From: Clostridiales bacterium
Lineage (GTDB): Bacteria; Bacillota; Clostridia; Christensenellales; UBA1242
Length of the DNA: 64,000 bases
Assembly: GCA_918292005.1 (NCBI GenBank)
Contig: CAKJZJ010000003.1
Span: 4,161-68,160, forward strand
Direction: 5' to 3'
This document shows positions 28,469-39,251 of this stretch, one piece after another; within the stretch, counting starts at the first letter, position 1, and every line of letters begins with the position of its first letter. A model generated the notes under the pieces. It saw only the letters and a program-made list of their open reading frames with translations. It had not been told where the DNA came from and did no database searches. Position numbers and translations under genes: made by a program.

Positions 28469-29720
28469 AGTAAAAATTGAATGTAAAGCAGGTAATGGTG
28501 GTAATGGTATAGTTGCTTTTCGTAGAGAAAAGTATGTGCCAAATGGTGGTCCGTCGGGTGGCGATGGTGGCAAGGGTGGAGATATCATCTTTAAAGTTAA
28601 TAAAAATATAGATAATTTAGGGGATTTTAGATATAAAAAGAAATTCAAAGCAGAAGATGGTGCTCCCGGTTCAGCCAATAATAAATTTGGTCAAGATGGT
28701 GCAGACCTTATCATATATGTGCCTAGAGGGACAATAATTAGAGATGCTTTGAATAATAAAGTTATTGCAGATATGCTTGATTATGATGATGAAAAAATCA
28801 TATTAAAGGGTGGTCAAGGTGGTAGAGGAAATCAACATTTTTCCACACCTACTAGACAGGCACCACGCTTTGCTGAGCAGGGCAATGTAACAAAATCGTA
28901 TGAACTAATATTGGAATTGAAAACCATAGCAGACGTTGGTCTGGTGGGCTTTCCAAATGTAGGTAAAAGTTCGCTTTTGTCTAGTGTAAGCAATGCACGA
29001 CCTAAGATTGCCAATTATCATTTTACAACATTAATGCCTAATATTGCAGTGGTAAATGCTTATAGCAAATCTTTTGTTATGGCGGATATTCCAGGTCTAA
29101 TTTCCGGTGCTAGTGAGGGTATGGGGCTAGGTATTGATTTCCTTAGACATATTGAAAGAACTAGATTGTTAATACATGTGATAGATATTGCTGAGACCGA
29201 AGGAAGAAATGCCTATGAAGATTATCTGGCTATTAATCACGAATTGGAGAAATATGGTAAACATGTAGCAGATTTGCCACAGATTATTGCTCTTAATAAA
29301 GCAGATATGCTAATAGACAGGGCAAAAATTGATGATTTTAAAGACAAATTAGATGTTAATGCAAAAGTTTTTGTAATTTCTGCTCATACTCATGAAGGAC
29401 TAGATGATTTGATGGAATGTGTGGTAAAAACTCTGGAGAGATTGCCTAAGCCAGAGAGAGAAGAAATTGAAGAAGAAGAGATAGATAAAAGAGATTTACG
29501 CGAATTCAGTGTACGAAAGGTATCTAATGGTTTGTACGAAGTTACTGGTGAACTGGTATTCGAAATTATGAAAAGGGTAAATCTAGAAGACATGGTATCC
29601 AATGCATATTTTCAGAAAAGGATTAAAAGTGATGGGATAATAGATGCCTTGCTTGAAATAGGTTTGCAAGAAGGTGATATTATTCGTATTGGAGACTATG
29701 AATTGCAATATTTTGAATAA
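28455..29720 (+). CDS. obg: GTPase Obg
   Basis: Glycine-rich Obg fold (GGNG..AFRREK, GGDGGKGG), G1 GFPNVGKSS, G4 NKAD, and a C-terminal OCT domain. Confidence 0.95.
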   Translation: MFLDKVKIECKAGNGGNGIVAFRREKYVPNGGPSGGDGGKGGDIIFKVNKNIDNLGDFRYKKKFKAEDGAPGSANNKFGQDGADLIIYVPRGTIIRDALNNKVIADMLDYDDEKIILKGGQGGRGNQHFSTPTRQAPRFAEQGNVTKSYELILELKTIADVGLVGFPNVGKSSLLSSVSNARPKIANYHFTTLMPNIAVVNAYSKSFVMADIPGLISGASEGMGLGIDFLRHIERTRLLIHVIDIAETEGRNAYEDYLAINHELEKYGKHVADLPQIIALNKADMLIDRAKIDDFKDKLDVNAKVFVISAHTHEGLDDLMECVVKTLERLPKPEREEIEEEEIDKRDLREFSVRKVSNGLYEVTGELVFEIMKRVNLEDMVSNAYFQKRIKSDGIIDALLEIGLQEGDIIRIGDYELQYFE

Positions 29721-29730
29721 GGAGTGAATT

Positions 29731-30027
29731 ATGTTAAAACCACAAGAAAGAGCCTTTTTGTCGGGGTTGAGTACCAATTTGAAAGATTTGGTTTTTATAG
29801 GCAAAGAAGGTCTTACACCTAATGTTATTAAACAGATCAATGACAATTTATTTGCACACGAGCTGATAAAAGTAAAAGTTCAAAAAAGCGCAGCAGATGA
29901 TTTAAATGGTCTAGCAGGACAGGTTGCCACAGAATGTATGTGTGAAGTGGTATGTGTGCGTGGTAGCAAGATAGTTCTGTACAAGGTAACAGAGAAACCT
30001 AAATTCAAACATTTGCTACATGCCTGA
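29731..30027 (+). CDS. yhbY: YhbY/CRM-domain RNA-binding protein
   Basis: 98 aa with FIGKEGLTPNVIKQINDNL..HELIKVKV. Located immediately after obg. Confidence 0.8.
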   Translation: MLKPQERAFLSGLSTNLKDLVFIGKEGLTPNVIKQINDNLFAHELIKVKVQKSAADDLNGLAGQVATECMCEVVCVRGSKIVLYKVTEKPKFKHLLHA

Positions 30028-30777
30028 TTTATTGTAACTATGATTGTATCTCGCAATTACAGATAGGAGCAATAAAAATGTTCCTATTATGATGTAATAT
30101 ATCGGAAATAGTGTAAAGAGACTGAGAAACAGAGTCAGTAGTCCTAGGTGTAAATATTGCTTAGCATTGTTTTTGTTTAGTGCTATGCAGAGTATGTCTT
30201 TATACCTATATTTATGCGTTTTTAGTGAATCGATTGTGATGTTGGGTGGGCTATTTATTTCTACTATTTTTTTGTATATAATATCGTAATTATAGATTGT
30301 GATGTCATGGTTTTGATAAATATAATTAATATTTTGGTCAATGGTAAATATGACGATATTTCTGTTATTACAATATTTAATGTGGTTGTCCAATGGTTTG
30401 TCTTTGTCTAGTAAAAAGAGAATATCTTTATCATCACTATCTACATAATGGCATGCATCAATTTGTTTAATAGTAGAAATATTGAAAAGTGCTAGAAGAT
30501 ATGATATATTATATTGTAAATTTCCATAAATGAATTGATTTTTGATATTGTCTTTTTGTGTTCTTTCGTCAATTGATTTATGGTGTTTCCTATTTATTGT
30601 GGCTATGATAGGTAGAGTTGTTATTATGCATACAGATGTTATAGAGAGTGCAATATATAGTGAATAAAGCATTTTATGGGTATAATAATTTATCCATATA
30701 AAGCCAATTATTAGGATTAATGAAAAGATAAAAATATAATTTGATATTTTACTAAATAGTGTGGTTTTGGTATTCAT
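30016..30777 (-). CDS. Membrane protein, function unknown
   Basis: 253 aa with TM helices at both ends. The 3' end overlaps yhbY by 12 nt. Confidence 0.45.
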   Translation of the reverse strand: MNTKTTLFSKISNYIFIFSLILIIGFIWINYYTHKMLYSLYIALSITSVCIITTLPIIATINRKHHKSIDERTQKDNIKNQFIYGNLQYNISYLLALFNISTIKQIDACHYVDSDDKDILFLLDKDKPLDNHIKYCNNRNIVIFTIDQNINYIYQNHDITIYNYDIIYKKIVEINSPPNITIDSLKTHKYRYKDILCIALNKNNAKQYLHLGLLTLFLSLFTLFPIYYIIIGTFLLLLSVIARYNHSYNKSGM

Positions 30778-30844
30778 ATTATATTATTGTCTGTATTTTA
30801 TAATTATATTGTTATAATTTGAGTTTTAAGTAGGAATTTTGTAT

Positions 30845-31270
30845 ATGGAGACTATTATTGTTAAAAATTTAAAAGAAACTAAAGAATTGGCAAGTAAATT
30901 TGCAAAACTTTTAGTTGGTGGCGAAAAGATAATTTTGAGTGGGGATTTGGGTGCTGGTAAAACTACTTTTACAAAATATGTTTTGGAAGCTTTGGGTGTA
31001 AAGGATACCGTTACTAGTCCTACATTTACTATTATGCGTGAATACAAGACCAAAAGATTTAAAATTTATCATTTTGATATGTATAGAATTTCGTCCAGTG
31101 CTGAAGCTTTAGAATTTGGCTTGGATGATTATCTATATGCTGGAGATAGTAATAGTCTAGTCTTTATTGAATGGGCAGAAAATATACAAGATATATTAGA
31201 AGGTAAATTCATCAATATTAAAATTTCAATTGAAAGTGATGATAGAAGAAAATTTGAAATTAGTAGGTAA
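30845..31270 (+). CDS. tsaE: tRNA t6A37 biosynthesis ATPase TsaE
   Basis: P-loop GDLGAGKTTF followed by SPTF. ATG at 30845 with an AGGAA RBS. Confidence 0.85.
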   Translation: METIIVKNLKETKELASKFAKLLVGGEKIILSGDLGAGKTTFTKYVLEALGVKDTVTSPTFTIMREYKTKRFKIYHFDMYRISSSAEALEFGLDDYLYAGDSNSLVFIEWAENIQDILEGKFINIKISIESDDRRKFEISR

Positions 31271-31273
31271 TAA

Positions 31274-31903
31274 ATGAAATATTTAGGAATAGATACAACT
31301 AGAAAAAAAGCAAAGGTATTTAAAATTGATACAGAAAATGCCGAACAAAATATGTTTATTGATATAGATGAGAATATTAAACATAGTGAAGGAATGTTTT
31401 TGTACATAGAAAAATTGTTACTAGATACCGATAGCACCATAAAAGATTATGATGGTTATGTGACAATAGTGGGACCGGGCTCTTTTACTGGTATCAGAGT
31501 GGGTATGGCTACGATAAAAGCATTTGGTAAAGCTACCAAAAAGCCAATCATACCTATAAATACATTTGAAATTCTGAAAGGAATAAATAAAAATGCTGTA
31601 ATATTATTACAATGTACTAAGAATAGTTGGTATTATGCCGATATTGTTTCTGGTAAAATTGGTAATGTTGGTGTGGTTAATACAGATAAAATTGTTGATT
31701 TGATTGGTGGCAAAAAACTAGTTGTGCTAAAAGATGAACAAAAATATCTGGATTTGGAATATAAGAATATAAATATTGTAGAAAACTTCAATAATCTATA
31801 TGTAGAAGCACTAAAAGAAAAACTTAATGGTGTAGAGAAATTTGAAGTGGTACCATACTATATTCAATTATCTCAGGCCGAAAGGAATGAGAAACATGAG
31901 TGA
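31274..31903 (+). CDS. tsaB: tRNA t6A37 biosynthesis protein TsaB
   Basis: GPGSFTGIRVG motif. Located between tsaE and rimI. Confidence 0.8.
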   Translation: MKYLGIDTTRKKAKVFKIDTENAEQNMFIDIDENIKHSEGMFLYIEKLLLDTDSTIKDYDGYVTIVGPGSFTGIRVGMATIKAFGKATKKPIIPINTFEILKGINKNAVILLQCTKNSWYYADIVSGKIGNVGVVNTDKIVDLIGGKKLVVLKDEQKYLDLEYKNINIVENFNNLYVEALKEKLNGVEKFEVVPYYIQLSQAERNEKHE

Positions 31904-32351
31904 AGTGATAATTAGATGTGCCACAATAGAAGATATTGGAGATATCTGCAATCTAGAAAAACAATATCCTGTAGATATGTATTCTATAGATACTATACGA
32001 GCCACTTTTGATAATGATTATTATGAAAATTTGGTTATAACTATAGATGGTATGGTAGTAGGATATATATCTATTACAATTATTTACGAAGAATGTAATT
32101 TGGTCAAAATTATTATAGACGAAAAACATCGTAAAAGGGGATATGCTACATTACTTATCAAAAAGATTATGAGTGATGCATTATGTAATAATGCTAGCAA
32201 AGTGTATTTGGAAGTTCGTTCTGACAATATTCCTGCTAAAAATTTGTACGAAAAAATCGGTTTCAAAAAAACCAATACTAGAGAAAAATATTATGCGGAT
32301 GGTATGAATGCAGATATATATTGGTATTTTTTAAATGATAGAGCAGATTGA
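31896..32351 (+). CDS. rimI: GNAT acetyltransferase, RimI-like
   Basis: The ATGAGTGA overlap with the tsaB stop sets the start. GNAT motif A is HRKRGYATLL. Sits in the conserved tsaE-tsaB-rimI context. Confidence 0.75.
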   Translation: MSEVIIRCATIEDIGDICNLEKQYPVDMYSIDTIRATFDNDYYENLVITIDGMVVGYISITIIYEECNLVKIIIDEKHRKRGYATLLIKKIMSDALCNNASKVYLEVRSDNIPAKNLYEKIGFKKTNTREKYYADGMNADIYWYFLNDRAD

Positions 32352-33060
32352 TTATTTATATATTGATGGTGAAAAAGAATATACATATGTATTTTTACAT
32401 GGTTGGGGTGTGAATAAAAATGCCTTTGACATGGTTGTCCAATCAATGAATAATCATCATGCAAAATTAATATTAGATTTTTTAGGCTTTGGTAAATCTG
32501 GTATGCCACGAGAGTATTATGATACTTATGAATATGCGTATCAGGTTTTTTTGTTGTTAATCAAACTAGATATAAAGAATGTGGTTTTGATAGGTCACTC
32601 ATTCGGTGGTAGGGTTTCAATAATTCTGAGTAGTATATTCGGTATTAAAATTAAATGTCTTGTGCTTACATCTAGTGCTGGTCTAAATAAGTTTGAGATA
32701 AAGAAACAATTAAAAATTATGTTTTATAAAATAAAAAAATATCTAGTACGTTTACATGTATTGCCAGCATGTATTTTGAAAAATAGTGGTAGTGCAGATT
32801 ATAGAAAATTATGTGATACTATGCGTTCGGTTTTCGTACGTGTGGTGAATCAGGACTTGGGGTACTTATGCCACTTAATACAATCCAAAACAATTTTGGT
32901 ATGGGATAAAAAAGATGCAGAGACTGGCTTTTGGATTGCTAAAAAACTAAATAGTTTAATCCGTCATAGTCGTATATATCTTTGTAGTGGTGGTCATTTC
33001 TGCTACTTATATAATTACTATAGGTTTGCAATAATATTAGACAATATATGTATTTATTGA
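32335..33060 (+). CDS. Alpha/beta hydrolase
   Basis: HGWG oxyanion region and nucleophile elbow GHSFGG. Confidence 0.65.
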   Translation: MIEQIDYLYIDGEKEYTYVFLHGWGVNKNAFDMVVQSMNNHHAKLILDFLGFGKSGMPREYYDTYEYAYQVFLLLIKLDIKNVVLIGHSFGGRVSIILSSIFGIKIKCLVLTSSAGLNKFEIKKQLKIMFYKIKKYLVRLHVLPACILKNSGSADYRKLCDTMRSVFVRVVNQDLGYLCHLIQSKTILVWDKKDAETGFWIAKKLNSLIRHSRIYLCSGGHFCYLYNYYRFAIILDNICIY

Positions 33061-33121
33061 CATTAATTATAATATTATTGACAAAAACTAATATATATAC
33101 ATATATATTCATAGGTGTAAT

Positions 33122-34786
33122 ATGTATGGATATTTTTGTTATTTAGTTGCGTTTATGGTCTTTGGGTTGTGTGTTTTGCATTTAATCCAAATGTCGTATT
33201 ATTTGCAATTGGACGGTTATAATTGCAAAGCATTGCTTGTGGCATTTAGTAGATTGTTATATAAAAAACAAATTAATTGTTTTTATGTGTTGCTTGTATT
33301 AATGGTGTTTGTTTTTGTTTCTAATATTTTTTGGATTGATGTTTTATACTTAATATTGTCACTTGCGTTGTTTGGTTATTATTGTGTTGATTACAGCGTG
33401 TTTAAAAAGATTGTTTTAACTCGTCGACTTTGTAGGATTTTGGTTTTGTCCGTGCTATTATTGCTGTCATTTTTTTGTTTTTTGTTTTTGTGTGTTAGGC
33501 ATGATTTATTTTTTATTCTACTGCCTGTGTCTATTATATTTGACTATTTGTTTATTCTTGCTTCTTTATTTCTCTTATTGCCAATAGAAAAAATCATTGG
33601 TCATTATTATATACATAAGGCTAAAAAGATAATTGCTAGTAATACAAAATTGATAAAGGTGGGTATTACTGGTAGTTTTGGTAAAACTAGCACAAAAGAA
33701 ATCCTGATGACTATACTTGCTGAGTATTATGATACTATTGCTACTCCACGTAGTTACAATACACCTTTTGGAATATCAAAAACCATAATTTCATCTTTCA
33801 AAGATGAAAATGAAGTTTTTGTTTGTGAGATAGGCGCAAAGAGAAGGGGAGATATTTCTTTTCTGTGTAAAACTTATGGTTGTGATTGTGGTATTATTAC
33901 GGCTGTTGGTAGACAGCATTTAAAAACATTTAGGTCGATTGATGGTGTTTATAATACAAAGAAAGAGCTTCTAGACTATTTGGATGGGAGAATGTGTGTG
34001 TTCAATCTAATGAATGGATACACACATAATATGTACAGACACTATAATGGGAAAAAGATAGGTGTGTATGTGTGTATTGGCGCTACTCATTCAAATAAAT
34101 TACTAATTAAAAGTAAAAGAATATATTCGGTAAATCGTTTAAAAAATTATTCACAATCTAAATACTATGCATATTCTAAAAATAACGCTGTTTTTGCTAA
34201 GAAAATTGTATGTGATGATACAGGTACTTCATTTGATATTTATAGTAACGAAAAATATTTTTGTAGCACAAAAATTGAATTGATAGGCATATACAATGTT
34301 ATAAATGTGCTATTGTCTGTTGCCTTGGCAATTCATTTAAAAGTGCCTAAAAAATATATACTTATTGGATTAAGAAAAATCCATCAAATTTCTGCTCGTT
34401 GTGAGAGACGTGTGGCTCCCAATGGGGCTATGGTTATTAATAATGGTTACAATTCGAATATAGATTCTTGTAAATATGTGTTCGAAACATTGTCGTGCTA
34501 TGATAAAAAATACAAAGTAATAGTAACTCCAGGTATAGTGGAAACTGGTAATGATTATGAGTATAATAAGATTTTTGGAAATCAAATGACCAAATATTGC
34601 ACAGATATTATTATTGTAAAAGAATCTAATAGAAGGGCACTATTGGATGGAATAAAAGCTTCTGGTTTTGATATGTCTAGGGTAAAAATTTCTGATAATA
34701 TTAGAGATGTATTGTCCGAAATTAATAAGGCAAATTCTGACTATGTTTACTTATTAGAGAATGATTTGCCCGATAATTATTTGTAG
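33122..34786 (+). CDS. murF: Mur ligase (MurF-like D-Ala-D-Ala-adding enzyme) with polytopic membrane N-terminus
   Basis: P-loop GITGSFGKTSTKE at about residue 181 and Mur ligase middle and C-terminal domains. Directly upstream of ddl. The first ~165 aa contain 4-5 hydrophobic helices. Confidence 0.65.
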   Translation: MYGYFCYLVAFMVFGLCVLHLIQMSYYLQLDGYNCKALLVAFSRLLYKKQINCFYVLLVLMVFVFVSNIFWIDVLYLILSLALFGYYCVDYSVFKKIVLTRRLCRILVLSVLLLLSFFCFLFLCVRHDLFFILLPVSIIFDYLFILASLFLLLPIEKIIGHYYIHKAKKIIASNTKLIKVGITGSFGKTSTKEILMTILAEYYDTIATPRSYNTPFGISKTIISSFKDENEVFVCEIGAKRRGDISFLCKTYGCDCGIITAVGRQHLKTFRSIDGVYNTKKELLDYLDGRMCVFNLMNGYTHNMYRHYNGKKIGVYVCIGATHSNKLLIKSKRIYSVNRLKNYSQSKYYAYSKNNAVFAKKIVCDDTGTSFDIYSNEKYFCSTKIELIGIYNVINVLLSVALAIHLKVPKKYILIGLRKIHQISARCERRVAPNGAMVINNGYNSNIDSCKYVFETLSCYDKKYKVIVTPGIVETGNDYEYNKIFGNQMTKYCTDIIIVKESNRRALLDGIKASGFDMSRVKISDNIRDVLSEINKANSDYVYLLENDLPDNYL

Positions 34787-34794
34787 GGGTGTGT

Positions 34795-35919
34795 ATGCAA
34801 AATATTTTGTTATTTTTTGGTGGTAAAAGTTGTGAGCATGATATATCTATCATAACTGGAATGCAATATGCACAATGTGCAGATGAATATTTATACAAAA
34901 TTATTCCTGTCTATATTGATCAATTTGGTGAATGGTGCACTGGCAAAAAATTGTTTGATTTGAGTTTTTATAATGCTGGTGGTCGTGGTAAAATATATAA
35001 ATGTGCAGTGGTCTCTAATGATAAAAATCTATACATATATTCCCACGGTAAATATAAAAGATATATATACATAGATGCGGCTGTTTTGTGCTTGCATGGT
35101 GGGTTGGGTGAGAATGGTGGGCTGGCTGGAATACTAGAAAATAGTGGAATACCATACACTTCGTCTAGTATGTGTGGTAGTAGTGTGTGTATGGACAAAG
35201 TGGTGTTCAAATACTTTTGCAAAGGTCTCGGTGTACCAGTTGTTGATGGTGCCGTGGTGACTGATGTTGATTATTATGGCGATACCCAAAAGTGTAAAAG
35301 TGATGTGGAAAAATTAGGTTATCCAGTTATTATCAAACCAAGTAGGCTGGGAAGTAGTATTGGTATAGAGATTGCAAAAAATCCCGAAGAATTAGATGAT
35401 TGTATAGCAAAATCAATGAAATTTGATAAAAAATTATTAATTGAGAAACTAATTGATGTAGATAAAGAAGTAAATATTGCGGTTTTTGAATACAAGGGAG
35501 AATTGATTGTTTCTTTATGTGAAGAGCCGGTGCGTAGTGGAGATATTCTTTCTTTCAAAGAAAAATATGTTGCCACTGGCTTCCAGGGAATAAAAAGAAA
35601 AATACCTGCAGACATAGATGATGATGTTTATCGTGCTATAAAAGATATGGCATGTTTAGTTTATCAAAAATTAGGCTTGTTTGGTGTTGTTAGATTTGAT
35701 TTTTTGTTGACGCCTAGTGGGGATATCTATCTAAATGAAGTCAATACAATACCAGGTTCAATGGCCAATTATCTTTTTGATAAAACCAAATTTGATTATC
35801 GTAAATTGCAGAATATGTGGATACATGGTGCTATTATGAGAAATGAAAATAAAGAGAAATTACAGACCGGTTTTGATAGTGGTGTATTAAAAAATGGTAT
35901 TAATTCTATTAAAAAATGA
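34795..35919 (+). CDS. ddl: D-alanine--D-alanine ligase
   Basis: ATP-grasp motifs (GGKSCEHDIS, KPSRLGSSIGI, NEVNTIPG). Confidence 0.9.
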   Translation: MQNILLFFGGKSCEHDISIITGMQYAQCADEYLYKIIPVYIDQFGEWCTGKKLFDLSFYNAGGRGKIYKCAVVSNDKNLYIYSHGKYKRYIYIDAAVLCLHGGLGENGGLAGILENSGIPYTSSSMCGSSVCMDKVVFKYFCKGLGVPVVDGAVVTDVDYYGDTQKCKSDVEKLGYPVIIKPSRLGSSIGIEIAKNPEELDDCIAKSMKFDKKLLIEKLIDVDKEVNIAVFEYKGELIVSLCEEPVRSGDILSFKEKYVATGFQGIKRKIPADIDDDVYRAIKDMACLVYQKLGLFGVVRFDFLLTPSGDIYLNEVNTIPGSMANYLFDKTKFDYRKLQNMWIHGAIMRNENKEKLQTGFDSGVLKNGINSIKK

Positions 35920-35942
35920 ACGAAAATTATCGTTCATTTTTA
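35916..35942 (+). terminator. Rho-independent terminator of ddl
   Basis: ATGAACGA-AAATTA-TCGTTCAT hairpin followed by a T-run. Confidence 0.6.
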
Positions 35943-35970
35943 TTGTATAAATATACACAATATAGAATAT

Positions 35971-37023
35971 TTATAATGAATATTGATTGATTAATTTTAT
36001 GATTGTAGGTGTCCCGTCACTGTTTTTTATTCTACTCATATTTGTTATATAATAATCGGAATTTTTTATTGTTTCATCAATTTTATTGAGTAGGTTTTGT
36101 TCTGAAATATCTTCCTGGTATAGTAGATTACAGAAGCCTGATTCTTGAAAATATTGGGCATTTAGTATCTGATCGCCACGGCTATTGCCTTTTGGTAGTG
36201 GGATCAGTAGCATTGGTTTTTTAATGGCCAAAAGTTCATTGATTGTATTGCTTCCTGCTCTAGATATTACTATGTCACTGGCATCGAAATAGTCTTCTAT
36301 GTTATTACAGAATTCTATTTGATAATAGTTTTTGTATTTGAGTAGGGTATTATCAATATTGTTTTTACCGGTTATATGTATTATGTTATATTGTTTTACT
36401 AGTTTGTCTAGATTGTTTCTTATTGCTTTGTTTATAGGTGTTGCACCTAAGCTACCACCAATGATTAGTATTATTGGTTTATTGTTTATGATGTGTAGTT
36501 GATTTATAATTTTATTTCCATTACCTTTATATATTTGTGTTCTTATTGGAGAACCGGTATAAATAGAGTTTTTCCCATATTTTTCGCTAGTTTTTTCAAA
36601 ACTGCATAGTATATGTTTTGATACTTTTGCTATTATTTTGTTTGCTAGTCCTATAGACATGTCGCTCTCGTGAGTAAGTATTGGTATATGCATTTGAGCA
36701 CCGGCAATGGCTACGGGGACGGATACATATCCGCCTTTTGAAAAAATTATTGATGGCTGTATCTCTTTTAGTATTTTTTTGCATACATGTATACTTTTTA
36801 TTAGAGTAAATGGTAATTTTAAATTTTTTAATGTTATGCTTCTTACAAATTTTGCACTTGGTATCTCTACAAATTGAATGTGGGGGTACTTTTTTAGTAT
36901 TTCTTTTTCCATTCCGGTTGAGCCTAAATAGTATATATTATATTCTTTTAGTCTATCTATTATTGCTAAATTTGGCATAATATGTCCAGCCGTTCCACCA
37001 CCTGTAAATACTATATTTTTCAT
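35971..37023 (-). CDS. murG: Undecaprenyldiphospho-muramoylpentapeptide beta-N-acetylglucosaminyltransferase MurG
   Basis: N-terminal GGGTAGHIMP and GGSLGA, with a GT28 layout. Confidence 0.88.
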   Translation of the reverse strand: MKNIVFTGGGTAGHIMPNLAIIDRLKEYNIYYLGSTGMEKEILKKYPHIQFVEIPSAKFVRSITLKNLKLPFTLIKSIHVCKKILKEIQPSIIFSKGGYVSVPVAIAGAQMHIPILTHESDMSIGLANKIIAKVSKHILCSFEKTSEKYGKNSIYTGSPIRTQIYKGNGNKIINQLHIINNKPIILIIGGSLGATPINKAIRNNLDKLVKQYNIIHITGKNNIDNTLLKYKNYYQIEFCNNIEDYFDASDIVISRAGSNTINELLAIKKPMLLIPLPKGNSRGDQILNAQYFQESGFCNLLYQEDISEQNLLNKIDETIKNSDYYITNMSRIKNSDGTPTIIKLINQYSL

Positions 37024-37286
37024 AAAATTCCTTTAATGTATTGTAATTTAATATATTTTATGATTTAATGATTAGTGTTATTCTACAAATATATTATTTG
37101 ATAGTTTGTTTGATTTGATTAATTTTTAGAAAACTCATTTGTATAAATATAACTAAAATAGTATATTTATAAATTGTCATATAATTAAATTTTTGTAGAT
37201 TATTAAATCAAAAAATAATTGTATTTTGGCTATTTTTGTGCTATAATGCAACTTGAGAGACTATTGCTATAAGGAGATTTTTTGTT

Positions 37287-39251
37287 TTGGCTCAAAATTA
37301 TAATAGTAAAGATATAGTAGTATTAGAAGGTCTAGATGCAGTGAGATTGAGACCGGGTATGTATATCGGTACCACGGGTATCAAGGGTATGCATCATTTA
37401 CTATGGGAGATTGTAGACAATTCCATAGATGAGATAACGAATGGTTATGGTGATAGAATTGTAATCACAATGCACACAGACAATAGTATCACTGTGCAAG
37501 ATAATGGTAGGGGTATTCCTGTTGATAAGCATCCTACTCTAAAAGTAAGCGGTGTTCAGGTCGTTTTTACACAATTACATGCTGGTGGAAAATTCAATAA
37601 TTCTAATTATTCGTACTCTGGTGGTCTGCACGGTGTAGGTGCCAGCGTCACGAATGCACTTTCTGAATGGCTAAAAGTAGAAGTATGTCGTGATGGTCAG
37701 AAATACTTTATGGAATTCAAATGTGTAAAAAAATCTAAAGATAAATACTCGGGCGGCGTGCCTGTTGCACCACTTGTATGCCTTGGTCCTACTAAAGAAA
37801 GGGGGACTACGGTTACCTTTAAACCTGATGAAAAAATATTTAAAGACTGTGTTTTTGATAGAGAAATGATTGCAAAAAGAGTGAGAGAATTGGCATTTCT
37901 GAATAAAGGAATTACAATCGAACTCATTGATGAAAATCAGGTTGAAGAACTTGGCGACCAAAAAAGAGTGTATAATTATACAAATGGTCTAAAAGAATTT
38001 ATTAGCTATATTAATGAAAAGAATAATGTATTATACAAAGATCCTATATATATAGAAGCAAAAACTAATCTTGTTGAATTATGTTGTGCTATTCAACATA
38101 CCGACTTGTATTCAGAGAATGTGTTTAGTTATGTAAATAATATTCCTACACCAGAGGGTGGTATGCATGAGACAGGTCTTAAAGGTGGTATCACTAGGGC
38201 ATTTAATGAAATTGCTAGGAATATGGGACTACTAAAAGATAAAGAAATCAATCTTTTAGGTGAAGATTACAGGGAAGGTATGACTGTAATTTTGGCTATC
38301 AAAATGAAAAATGTTCAATTTGAGGGTCAGACAAAAACCAAACTGGGTAATCCGGAAGCGAAACAAGAAGTAGAAAATATTATTTATGATGGTCTAATTA
38401 ATTTTGCTAATCAAACTAGTAGTAAACAAGTTTTGACAGACATTATCAATAAAGCAAAAGGTGCAGCAAAGGTAAGAGATGCATCTAAAAAAGCAAAAGA
38501 AATTGCTAGACAAAAAAATAGTGTAGATACTTATTCTTTAGTAGGTAAATTGTCTAGTTGTACTGGTAGAAATCCATTACTCAATGAAGTATTTATTGTT
38601 GAGGGAGATAGTGCTGGTGGTAGTGCAAAGCAGGCTAGAGATAGGTCTTTTCAGGCTATACTTCCTTTGCGTGGTAAGCCACTGAATGTTGAGAAGAAAA
38701 AGATTTCTCAGGTACTAGAAAACGAAGAAATTAGGACAATAATTTCGGCTGTTGGAACTGGTATTGGTAGTGATTTCAATATTGAGCATTTGAAATATAA
38801 TAAGATAATTATTATGGCCGATGCCGACCAAGATGGTGCGCATATTAGAGCAATACTCTTAACTTTCTTCTATAGATATATGCGTGAATTAATAAACGAT
38901 GGACATGTGTATGTTGCTATTGCTCCACTATATAAGATATACAAAAAAGGCTTTGAAAAGTATGTTTATGATGAAGCAGATTATGATGCTATCGTAAAAG
39001 AAGCAGGTTCGGGCTATAGTGTTACTAGATTTAAAGGTCTTGGTGAGATGTCTGCCGATCAATTATGGGAGACAACCATGGATCCTAATAGAAGGGTACT
39101 AATTAGAGTAACTATTGATGATGTGGCAGATGCAGAAGAAATGATATCCACATTAATGGGTGATAATATCGATGCTAGAAAGAAATACATTACTGCTAAT
39201 GCTAATTTCAATAAAGTAGATATTTTCGAACAAAGGAGTGCTAAGAAATAA
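37287..39251 (+). CDS. parE: Type IIA topoisomerase subunit B (ParE-like; GyrB not excluded)
   Basis: GHKL ATPase (LEGLDAVRLRPGMYIG, HLLWEIVDNSIDE) and Toprim (EGDSAGGSAKQARDR, IMADADQDGAHI). The partner A subunit has no visible GyrA box. Confidence 0.8.
   Translation: MAQNYNSKDIVVLEGLDAVRLRPGMYIGTTGIKGMHHLLWEIVDNSIDEITNGYGDRIVITMHTDNSITVQDNGRGIPVDKHPTLKVSGVQVVFTQLHAGGKFNNSNYSYSGGLHGVGASVTNALSEWLKVEVCRDGQKYFMEFKCVKKSKDKYSGGVPVAPLVCLGPTKERGTTVTFKPDEKIFKDCVFDREMIAKRVRELAFLNKGITIELIDENQVEELGDQKRVYNYTNGLKEFISYINEKNNVLYKDPIYIEAKTNLVELCCAIQHTDLYSENVFSYVNNIPTPEGGMHETGLKGGITRAFNEIARNMGLLKDKEINLLGEDYREGMTVILAIKMKNVQFEGQTKTKLGNPEAKQEVENIIYDGLINFANQTSSKQVLTDIINKAKGAAKVRDASKKAKEIARQKNSVDTYSLVGKLSSCTGRNPLLNEVFIVEGDSAGGSAKQARDRSFQAILPLRGKPLNVEKKKISQVLENEEIRTIISAVGTGIGSDFNIEHLKYNKIIIMADADQDGAHIRAILLTFFYRYMRELINDGHVYVAIAPLYKIYKKGFEKYVYDEADYDAIVKEAGSGYSVTRFKGLGEMSADQLWETTMDPNRRVLIRVTIDDVADAEEMISTLMGDNIDARKKYITANANFNKVDIFEQRSAKK

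Noticed and set aside
28355-28678. Proline-rich minus-strand ORF (…PPLPPSPPDGPPFG…).
   Set aside because: It is the reverse complement of the glycine-rich GGxGG repeats of Obg, so it is an artefact of the real gene's composition.
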